Shown here one piece after another: positions 7,901-15,141 of a DNA stretch of 17,299 nt. The position numbers were made by a program, and so were the translations under genes. Source of the DNA: an uncultured bacterium. Its GTDB lineage: Bacteria; Hydrogenedentota; Hydrogenedentia; Hydrogenedentales; JAEUWI01. The DNA is taken from the NCBI GenBank assembly GCA_963977445.1, contig CAXBPH010000144.1:1-17299 (forward strand), read 5' to 3'. The notes under the pieces were generated by a model. The model did no database searches, was not told where the DNA came from, and saw only the letters and a list, made by a program, of their open reading frames with translations. Each line of letters begins with the position of its first letter. Positions within the stretch are counted from its first letter, which is position 1.

Positions 7901-10900
7901 CGACCCTGACGAATTGCACGATCAACGGCAATACGGCGGGATACGGCGGCGGGCTGTGGGTTTATGGCAATTGCTCCCCGACCCTGGCGAACTGCACGAT
8001 CAGCGGCAATTCCGCAAGTGGTGGCGGCGGAATGGAGCTTTACAATAACTGTTCCCCCAACCTGACGAACTGCACGATCAGCGGCAATACCGCAGATGTC
8101 GGCGGTGGGCTGTATATTATCGAGAATTCTAACCCGACGCTGACGAACTGCATCCTCGACGCCAACACCGGTCATGCGGTCTACAAATCCGATGTGACCA
8201 GCGATCCGATCGTGCGGAATTGCCTTTTTTCTGGAAATTCGGACGGCGATTATTACGATTTCGACACCACCTCGTCATTTACGGGTGCCGATGCCATCAA
8301 CAGCCTGGCGGATTCGCACGACAACATTGACGGCGACCCGTTTTTCGCCGATGCGGACGCGGGCGACTTCCACCTCCTGGCGGGCTCGCCGGCCATTGAT
8401 GCGGGCACCGCCACCGGCGCGCCTGATGTCGACTTTGAGGATGAGGCCCGGCCATTCAACGAAGTCTTCGATATGGGCGTGGACGAGTGGGTGGATTCGG
8501 ATGGCGACGGAATACCTGACTATCGCGATACCGACCACGATAATGATGGACTGAGCAATGACGATGAGACAACGGAATACCAAACCGACCCCCTCAATGC
8601 CGACAGCGATGGCGATGGCTTCGCTGACGGCTTCGAAGTATCCGCTGGAAGCGATCCCAATGAAGAAGCGTCTACACCGGGTACGGCGTATGTGGATCTA
8701 GACGCGACGGGCACCGGCGATGGCACGAACTGGGCCGATGCCTTTCCAACTATTCAGGAAGGCATTGATGCTTCTCTCGAGGTCTGGGTCGCGGCAGGCA
8801 CCTACCCGGAAGCACTGACGCTCCGGACGGGCGTATCGGTCTACGGTGGTTTTGCGGGCGGGGAGACTGCGGAAAGCCAGCGGGACCCTGTGGCCCATGT
8901 TTCGACAGTGGATGCCACGGGGATTGGCGGCAGTGTGGTGACGATCATTCAAACCACCAACACGCGTATTGACGGCTTTACGATCACGGGAGGTAGTGAC
9001 GATTCTGGAGATTTCTTCGGCGGAGGCATCCATATGGAGAATGGCTACGGGTCTAATGCCATAGCGAATTGCACGGTCACCGGTAACACTGCGTCTTTCG
9101 GCGGCGGCCTGTCTCTCATAAATACCTCGTCTCCAACGCTGACGAACTGCTCTATCAGCGGCAACACGGCAATCCTGGGTGGCGGGCTGGCCTTAATCGG
9201 TTCTTATCCTGTGCTCAAGAACTGCACGATAAGCGGAAATACGGCTGATACCCTGGGCGGCGGCGGACTCTCACTCACCTCCTCCTCCCCTACGCTGGTT
9301 AATTGTACGATCAGCGGGAATTCTGCGCCTAAGGGTGGGGGGCTTTGGATTTACGGTAGTTCTAACCCGACGTTGACGAACTGCATCTTGCATGACAACG
9401 CTGGACATGCGATATACGAAATTGAATTTCTGGGCTACAGCGGCGATCCGACCGTGCGGAATTGCCTTTTTTCTGGAAATTTGGACGGCGACTACTACGA
9501 TTTCGACACCGCCTCGTCATTGACGGGCGCCGAGGCAATCAACGGCTTGGCGGACTCGCTCAACTTCGAAAATATCGATGGCGACCCGCGGTTCGTCGAT
9601 GTGAGCGCGGGTGACTATCATCTCCAGGCGGGTTCCCCGGCCACCGATGCGGGCGCCTCTGACGGTGCACCGCCGCTGGATTTTGACGGCGAGCCCCGTC
9701 CCTTCTCCGGCTTCTTCGATATTGGTTCAGACGAGTGGGTTGATACGGATGGCGACGGAGTGCCGGATTACATCGATACCGACAGTGACAACGATGGGCT
9801 GAGCAATGAGGATGAGATAAACGTATTTGGAACCGACCCCCTCAGTGCAGACAGCGATGATGACGATTTCTCGGATGGATTCGAAGTGGCCGCTGGAAGT
9901 GATCCGAATGAAAAGCCCTCTACACCGAGTGCGGCGTATGTGGACATAAACGCGACAGGCGCCGACAATGGCACGAGCTGGGCTGATGCCTTTCCGACAA
10001 TTCAGGAAGGCATCGACGCTGCTCCCGAAGTATGGGTCGCGGCAGGCACCTATGGTGAGGCGCTAACGCTCCGATCGCGGGTATCGGTTTACGGCGGATT
10101 TTTCGGAACCGAGACGGCGCTTGGCGAACGCGACCCCGGTACCAACGTAACGACGCTGGATGCCACGGATCTTGACAGCAGCGCCGTCACGATTATTGAA
10201 ACCACCGAAACGCGCATTGACGGCTTCACCATCACGGGAGGCAGTGGGAACGAAGATGAAGCCGGTAATGCGCTCGGAGGTGGCATATTTATGCGAAGCG
10301 CAGACGCCTCGAACATTATGGCAAACTGCTGGATTGGCGATAATGTGGCGGCTAGCGGGGGCGGACTCATTCTGATATTCAGCAACCCAACGCTGATGAA
10401 CTGCACAATTAGCGACAATACGGCACTTGAGTTTTCTGGCGGCGGTCTCTATCTTTACGAATCTTCCCCGACAGTGGCGAACTGCACCTTCAGCGGTAAT
10501 ACGGCGGTCAGTAGCGGCGGCGGGCTGATGCTTCATCTCAATTCCTCCCCGACCCTGACGAACTGTACGATCAGTGGCAACTCCGCACCTTACGGCGGTG
10601 GCCTTGAGCTTTACTCCACCTGTGCCCCGGCGCTGACGAACTGTACGATTAGTGGGAATTTCGCGGACTACGGCGGTGGGCTGGATCTTGACCTTGATTC
10701 AGACCCGACGCTCACGAACTGCATCTTGCATGATAACGCTGGGCACGCGTTGTACGAATACGACGTCGATAGCGATCCGCTTGTGTCGTTTTGTCTGCTT
10801 TATGGCAACCTCGATGGTGATTTCTATGACGCGAAGAGCACGATGACCTTGGTAGGTGCCGATGCTATTAATGGTCTCGCGGACTCGGGCAATATCGCGA

Positions 10901-11565
10901 ATGTCGATGGCGACCCGCTGTTCCTTGATGCGGACGCGGGTGACTATCACCTCCAGGCAGGATCCGCCGCTATTGACGCGGGCACCGATACGGGCGCACC
11001 GGAAGTAGACTTTGACGGTGAGGAACGCCCCTTCAACGACTTATTCGATATCGGAGCGGACGAGCGGGTGTATTTGGATGGGGGCGAAGGAGAAGGAGAA
11101 GGAGAAGGCGAAGGCGAAGGCGAAGGCGAAGGCGAAGGCGAAGGCGAAGGTGAAGGTGAAGGTGAAGGCGAAGGTGAAGGCGAAGGTGAAGGCGAAGGCG
11201 AAGGCGAAGGAGAAGGAGAAGCGGAGTTGGTTATGATTGCAGAGGACTTAATCGAATCCTTTGGAATGGCAGATGTAGATTCAGATGGAAAGCTGTCAAT
11301 TCTCGAAGCGCAGTCTCTGTTGGGTGGATTGACTCAGGTACAGTTTGAAGCGCTCGATAAGGATAAGGATGGCTTTTTGACCCAGGCAGAACTCTCCGCT
11401 CAGGTTGTCGCTGGTGAAGGTGAGGGTGAGGGTGAGGGTGAGTCGGGATGTTCTGTCTCCTCAAAAAGTGTTGAGAAGGGTGTTCGCGACCACTTCGGCG
11501 ACCTGTTTTCGCTCGTTATGGCCCTCATCGTAATGTCCGGAATTCGGCGCTTCGGTGGTCGATAA
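4924..11565 (+). CDS. Large secreted/cell-surface protein (2213 aa): signal peptide, calcineurin-like metallophosphoesterase, PKD/Ig-like domains, 3x [TSP3-like + right-handed beta-helix] modules, (GE)n linkers, EF-hand pair, C-terminal Cys/hydrophobic/Arg tail
   Basis: SD AAAGGA at 4911-4916. Signal peptide MKNLLILALIIGGVSFCESAHA (AxA site). Phosphoesterase motifs GDPQ, GDLT, GNHD, HH and GHAH (about 5400-6055). PKD-like NRPPVARIGGPY...LDASASTDPD (about 6330-6600). Ig-like RITFNEIVTGFDISDI (about 6900-7180). DxDxDG repeats, GGG-x-NCTISGN rungs, and EF-hand-like loops DVDSDGKLSILE and DKDKDGFLTQAE. Confidence 0.9.
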   Translation: MKNLLILALIIGGVSFCESAHAFKIINKTDRNMLYSVSLKNGTLARSRATIAKGRESDVPVPELGSTELLVTIYSLNSGYISFPVPTGDWETIVRMPANGSLEILQQNRYQLSIYTSPDYYAISHTANGSGYESSGPSGLLLGASPSIRPEDRDIRFLVTGDPQYWVDDDEPDAAPMVVYADKVMAKMIEIFQDDWPHTRGMIVTGDLTQDGDVCFTCSNDEEERVGLYTKSLGGLKRFFYDGWGNHDEDAKDDLALAIKGRNTMLTSRQETHYSWDWHDVHFVQLNLYPGNDEDFDEDGMQGGPAPENSLDFLVNDLRNNVGDSDRPVVLIHHYGFEPFSIERDNGQFWWTRTQRDTYKAAMANYNVIALFTGHAHGHDQIYFAQDWQIEVPGFGTNGGVLPGSGSVTDFVAASARGVVKGSTNAGGVFLDVEINGNDEMIVTRRDGNGIALDPSPTIVMFQSAPGPNRPPVARIGGPYVFSEGDQITLDASASTDPDRTDALEYRWKLLGENDWRAWGAEPDLSFGPFPDQISIHVFLEVRDSGGLTHADSTIVRIENVAPAITATGTIDALGRATVQGTISDPGVNDNFVLAIHWVTDSAGRLYAYPAGTMTFAETFTLSPDRLTGSTYPIHLVLFDKDGGEGTLLIDAPVAPSPPIITFDSEVTAQTYESLIPVRITFNEIVTGFDISDIVVENATIGNFITIEDGVVYDFELTPLSFGLVRASIPAGSVVDNRGTPNEEQSPFQRLYGADPIDMVTDTDEDGLSDSSENYVHNTDPLNPDSDDDGFLDGYEVTVGSDPNIDEGTQLATYVDVNAAGAGNGTTWADAFTSIQAGIDVAGEVWVAAGTYPEALTFRSGVSVYGGFSGMETAENQRDPVANVTTVDATGIASSTVTLIGCTETRLDGFTVTGGSGTEFDALTRVGGGIYMTSADASNVVANCAISGNSAKLGGGLYFVGNCSPTLVNCMINGNSAGYDYGGGLFIESNSSPTLTNCTINGNTAGYGGGLWVYGNCSPTLANCTISGNSASGGGGMELYNNCSPNLTNCTISGNTADVGGGLYIIENSNPTLTNCILDANTGHAVYKSDVTSDPIVRNCLFSGNSDGDYYDFDTTSSFTGADAINSLADSHDNIDGDPFFADADAGDFHLLAGSPAIDAGTATGAPDVDFEDEARPFNEVFDMGVDEWVDSDGDGIPDYRDTDHDNDGLSNDDETTEYQTDPLNADSDGDGFADGFEVSAGSDPNEEASTPGTAYVDLDATGTGDGTNWADAFPTIQEGIDASLEVWVAAGTYPEALTLRTGVSVYGGFAGGETAESQRDPVAHVSTVDATGIGGSVVTIIQTTNTRIDGFTITGGSDDSGDFFGGGIHMENGYGSNAIANCTVTGNTASFGGGLSLINTSSPTLTNCSISGNTAILGGGLALIGSYPVLKNCTISGNTADTLGGGGLSLTSSSPTLVNCTISGNSAPKGGGLWIYGSSNPTLTNCILHDNAGHAIYEIEFLGYSGDPTVRNCLFSGNLDGDYYDFDTASSLTGAEAINGLADSLNFENIDGDPRFVDVSAGDYHLQAGSPATDAGASDGAPPLDFDGEPRPFSGFFDIGSDEWVDTDGDGVPDYIDTDSDNDGLSNEDEINVFGTDPLSADSDDDDFSDGFEVAAGSDPNEKPSTPSAAYVDINATGADNGTSWADAFPTIQEGIDAAPEVWVAAGTYGEALTLRSRVSVYGGFFGTETALGERDPGTNVTTLDATDLDSSAVTIIETTETRIDGFTITGGSGNEDEAGNALGGGIFMRSADASNIMANCWIGDNVAASGGGLILIFSNPTLMNCTISDNTALEFSGGGLYLYESSPTVANCTFSGNTAVSSGGGLMLHLNSSPTLTNCTISGNSAPYGGGLELYSTCAPALTNCTISGNFADYGGGLDLDLDSDPTLTNCILHDNAGHALYEYDVDSDPLVSFCLLYGNLDGDFYDAKSTMTLVGADAINGLADSGNIANVDGDPLFLDADAGDYHLQAGSAAIDAGTDTGAPEVDFDGEERPFNDLFDIGADERVYLDGGEGEGEGEGEGEGEGEGEGEGEGEGEGEGEGEGEGEGEGEGEGEGEAELVMIAEDLIESFGMADVDSDGKLSILEAQSLLGGLTQVQFEALDKDKDGFLTQAELSAQVVAGEGEGEGEGESGCSVSSKSVEKGVRDHFGDLFSLVMALIVMSGIRRFGGR
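7207..11070 (+). repeat. Three tandem intragenic modules of about 1.25-1.33 kb (about 7207-8490, 8494-9738, 9742-11070)
   Basis: Each module runs D.D.DG...TDPL..DSD.D.F.DG.EV..GSDPN, YVD..A.G...GT.WADAF..IQ.GID, EVWVAAGTY, beta-helix rungs, then D.HL.AGS.A.DAG...RPF...FD.G.DE. DNA near-identity is visible, e.g. gtgcggaattgccttttttctggaaat at 8212 and 9454. Confidence 0.92.
11083..11220 (+). repeat. Hexanucleotide repeat (GGN GAA)23 encoding (Gly-Glu)23
   Basis: 23 units of GGC/GGA/GGT-GAA read directly. A second (GE)5 tract at 11413-11442 mostly uses GGT GAG. Confidence 0.97.
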
Positions 11566-11706
11566 AACAAAACATCGTGTAGGCCGGCCGATGGCCAGTG
11601 GAAACTCGGCACCAGATGCTCCGTATTTAGGACGGCCTTGGTGATTTTGCGCTACAGGCTGGGGTAGGGGTAGACTGGATGGGTCTTGGCGTAGACCGCC
11701 ATTGAT

Positions 11707-11739
11707 GGAAGGGCCGTCGGCTTAACCGGCGCTTTTTCC
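11707..11739 (+). terminator. Possible intrinsic terminator downstream of the large surface-protein gene
   Basis: ggaagggc-cgtcgg-cttaa-ccggcg-ctttttcc: an imperfect GC stem followed by a T5 run, about 140 nt after stop 11565. Confidence 0.35.
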
Positions 11740-11825
11740 GATTGTCGAACAGCGCGAACTATGCATGTCACGACTTCTATACACGACGTCGATCAATCCC
11801 ACACCTCATTTGCAGGAGTATTACG

Positions 11826-12599
11826 GTGACCAAATCCTTGGAAAAGAAAAACTATCTCATTGATATGGACGGCGTGCTTGTTCGGGGACAAGTGCCTATT
11901 CCAGGGGCGATAGAGTTTGTCGAGCGACTGCGCGACGGTGACTTCAAGTTTATGGTGCTTACGAACAACCCGCTATACACCCCCCGGGACCTTTCCTATC
12001 GATTGCGCGCTACCGGTTTGGAGATCGAGCCCGAACGTATCTATACGTCGGCCATGGCAACGGCCCAATTCCTGAACCTGCAAAAAGCGGAGGGGACGGC
12101 CTATGTCGTCGGTGAAAGCGGTCTTACCCATGCCATACACGATGCGGGGTATGTTATCACCGACAGAAATCCGGACTATGTGATCCTGGGCGAAACCCAC
12201 GCCTACAGTATCGACCAAATAACCGTTGCCATTCGCCTGGTCGCGGCAGGCGCCCATTTTATCGCGACGAATCCCGACAAATCAGGTCCCTCAGAATTCG
12301 GGATTGTCCCAGCATGTGGAGCCATGGCGGCCCTCATCTCACAGGCCTCTGGTCGTCACCCCTTGTTCATCGGAAAACCCAATCCCCTGATGATGCGTCT
12401 GGCCCTCAATCACCTCGGTGTTCACTCCGAAAACACCATCATGATCGGCGACAATATGGAGACCGACATCATCGCCGGCGTGCAATCGGGCCTGGGTACG
12501 ATTCTCGTGTTAAGCGGCATCACAGACCGGGAAAAACTGCGAGAATATCCCTATCAGCCCACCCGTATAATCGATTCGGTGGCCGATCTTAACCCGTGA
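11826..12599 (+). CDS. nagD: HAD-superfamily subfamily IIA hydrolase (NagD-like nucleotide monophosphatase)
   Basis: Motif I DMDGVL, motif II TNN, motif III GKPNP, motif IV GDNMETD, plus ATNPD and PACG. The start is placed at GTG 11826, with AGGAG at 11814-11818, rather than TTG 11742. Confidence 0.9.
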   Translation: MTKSLEKKNYLIDMDGVLVRGQVPIPGAIEFVERLRDGDFKFMVLTNNPLYTPRDLSYRLRATGLEIEPERIYTSAMATAQFLNLQKAEGTAYVVGESGLTHAIHDAGYVITDRNPDYVILGETHAYSIDQITVAIRLVAAGAHFIATNPDKSGPSEFGIVPACGAMAALISQASGRHPLFIGKPNPLMMRLALNHLGVHSENTIMIGDNMETDIIAGVQSGLGTILVLSGITDREKLREYPYQPTRIIDSVADLNP

Positions 12600-12663
12600 A
12601 CCCGTCCGGCGCTCGAGCAGTTGGCAGTCTGAGGCATGGTGCCTATACTCCCAAAGATAGATA

Positions 12664-14501
12664 GTGGATATGTCTGGACGGTCTCTGCGACTTCGTCGGG
12701 CGGTCCGTGTCGACTATGATCTGGACTACTGGATTTGGACGCCCATCGACGGCATCGTTCCCGGAGCGACGGCAACGGAATTGGCAAAGAATGAAGCCTT
12801 GTTTCAACAGCTTCCACGGCTAGATGCCATATTTGTTCCAGGCGGCGACCCGGGAAACAACGAGCCCGAAGATGTGATGGACTATCTCGCCCAATTGAGC
12901 ACGCTACTTCGCACCTATTTCCGCGATGCGGAAATGTGGGTATCGAATCAGGGCTTCGAACACGAACAGAACGACACGTTTTTTGACTATCTGGATAATG
13001 AGGCACCCACCTGGCTCACCGGCGTAGTCTTCGGCCCCTGGACGAAGCTCTCCATTCAGGAAGAGCGTCAATGGACGCCCAGTCAGTATCCCATTCGCCG
13101 CTACCCCGATATTACCCACAATCTCCGCAGCCAATTCCCCCAAGAGAATTTCGATCGGCCCTTTGCCCACCTTCTGGGTCGCGAAGCTATTGATCCCCGA
13201 CCGGTCGCCAGTGTGACCATTCACGACCTCCACGCACCCAGCACCATTGGCTATCTCGCCTATTCTGACGGCATTCACGACGATGTGAATAAAAACATCT
13301 GGAGCATGCGTTCCTGGGCCAGTGACATGACGGTCGATACGATGCTCCAGGAATACAGCCGATTTTTCTTTGGCCCGGAAGTGGCCACCGATCCGAAAGA
13401 TGGCATTCTGGCGCTGGAAGACAACTGGATGCACCCGGCGCTCACCACCACGGGCGTCGACGACACCTTTGCCATGTGGCAGCTACTGGAGTCCGAACCA
13501 ACGGATCTGTCGGACAATTGGCGGTGAAAATTGAATCTGGTTCACGCCTACTACGATGCCTATGTGCGCCAGAAGACCATCGACGAAGCGGAATACGAGC
13601 ATGAAGCCTACGCCCAGTTGGTCGACGCGTCGAAAATCAGTTTGACGTGGTGGCCGGTATGGGAACCGAAGGCGCTAAGCGGGCCCATCTGGCGTCACCG
13701 GGCCAGGAATATTTCCGGCATAACCTGGACTACGACCGGGAGGACAAAGGCGGTGGTCGACTTTCCTGGCAGGACCAGGCCTATACCTTATTTAACGAGC
13801 CCCTTTATATGGCATACGAGGGACTCGATCCGGTGGCGGGTTACGAATTGCAGGGTACCTACGCGGGGCGTTTCAACCACACCATGACTTGTACTGCCGA
13901 CGGGACCTATCAGATTCATGGCGAAGTGGGCACCCAGATATATCCACCACGGACCTTTGACATTCCTCAGGGGGCAACTGCCGATGGTGCTCTTGAACTT
14001 CAGTGGGATTTGGTAACGGGGCGGGGCTGTCAGCTTGCCGAAGTCTGGCTCAAAGTACGCGATACGGATGGCGACGGCGTAAGTGATGAAAACGATAGCG
14101 ACGACGATAACGATGGAATTCTGGACGAGAATGACACGTATCCCCAGGATGCCGATAACGATGGCGTGACTAATTTTGATGATGACGACAACGATGGCGA
14201 CGGTATTTTTGATTTAGCGGAACTGGATGGTGGATCCGATCCGCTCGATCCCAATGATCCCGTGGCAGGTGGCGAAGGCGAAGGCGAAGGTGAAGGTGAA
14301 GGTGAAGGTGAAGGTGAAGGTGAAGGTGAAGGTGAAGGTGAAGGCGAAGGTGAAGGCGAAGGTAGTTCCGATGGGTCCGGTTGTACGCCTTCGTTAAAGT
14401 CATTGGGCGCGGACGCAGATAGGGTATTGGCGGACTTGTTCTTGTTGGGTATGTCACTGGTCGTTTTGCTGAGTTCTACACGGCTGCCGCGAAGGCCCTA
14501 G
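12664..14501 (+). pseudogene. Disrupted gene for a surface-anchored protein of unknown (possibly glycoside hydrolase-like) family with TSP3-like repeats, (GE)15 and the C-terminal Cys tail
   Basis: Three consecutive ORF pieces. 12664-13527 has no signal peptide or clear SD. After an in-frame TGA (13525-13527) the same frame continues coding-like (KLNLVHAYYDAYVRQ...). A frame switch near 13635-13660 leads into the frame ending at TAG 14501, which carries DTDGDG repeats, (GE)15 and the tail. Motifs FVPGGDPG, YPIRRYPDITH and YSDGIHDDVNK resemble, from memory, a family of longer uncharacterised proteins. Confidence 0.7.
14271..14360 (+). repeat. (GGY GAA)15 repeat encoding (Gly-Glu)15
   Basis: 15 units of GGC/GGT-GAA read directly. 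Confidence 0.97.
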
Positions 14502-15062
14502 GAGTCAGACTCCTGGCATAGCGCTACCTGGTAGCAAGTGCGGGCAGGTCCTCCATGGGACCATCGAGGCGTACAGCGTCGCGTTGGGCCGTCGGTGAGC
14601 GCGGGGATCTCCGTGCGTAGCGCGTTCAGGTCTGCGGGGCAGGCCCTGAACCTGCGCGCTCGGCTGAGGTTATAAATTTGAGCCTCTGTTGGCCCCCCAT
14701 CCCACCCGAATGCCCTGAGTATCATGTAGCTTTCCGCAGATAAAAGTTGCGGATTTTGTCGGGTTATGCTACATAGAACGTTGTACACCAAATTGCAACG
14801 GCCCTTCTGCGTGGCAGACCTGTCCCTCCGGACCGCGCGCCAGGCGGAATCATTTGCATATTGAGCCATGCCATTTCAGTGGCCTTTCGTCGTGGTAAAT
14901 CGTGGAATCCGGAGATAATCCTACGGATAAGTAGGTATCTTGCCGTCTAGCGTACCATATGGTATTCAATTGGCCGGTTGTCAGGCCTCGCGTCGCACAA
15001 GCCAGCGTCGCTAAGTCTTTTTGCTGTAATCGTTAACGAATTTCTAACGGGTTGTGCTTCTG

Positions 15063-15079
15063 TTGGCATGATTCTCGCT
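15063..15079 (+). promoter_or_regulatory. sigma54 (RpoN) -24/-12 promoter of the glutamine synthetase gene
   Basis: TTGGCATGATTCTCGCT has GG at 15065-66, exactly 10 nt, then GC at 15077-78, close to the TGGCAC-N5-TTGC consensus. It lies about 63 nt upstream of the GS start. Confidence 0.75.
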
Positions 15080-15141
15080 AACTAGTGGGAACATTCTGGA
15101 AGTACTTTAACCCTCAACAAAACAGGCGCAATGGAGAAATT

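Noticed and set aside
7207..11070. Diversity-generating retroelement TR/VR pair or CRISPR array
   Set aside because: The repeats are in-frame coding, mismatches are not restricted to adenines, and no reverse transcriptase or cas gene is present.
11012..11236. (KA/KV)n and (HL/HP)n ORFs, also at 11231-11464 and 14170-14457
   Set aside because: They are alternative-frame or antisense readings of the (GE)n repeats.
11742..11825. 28-aa N-terminal extension of the NagD ORF
   Set aside because: GTG 11826 has AGGAG at good spacing and gives a normal HAD-IIA N-terminus.
13525..13527. TGA recoding (Trp, Gly or selenocysteine readthrough)
   Set aside because: TGA is the normal stop of the helicase and nagD genes here, no SECIS-like stem is evident, and the gene has other lesions, so a nonsense mutation is simpler.
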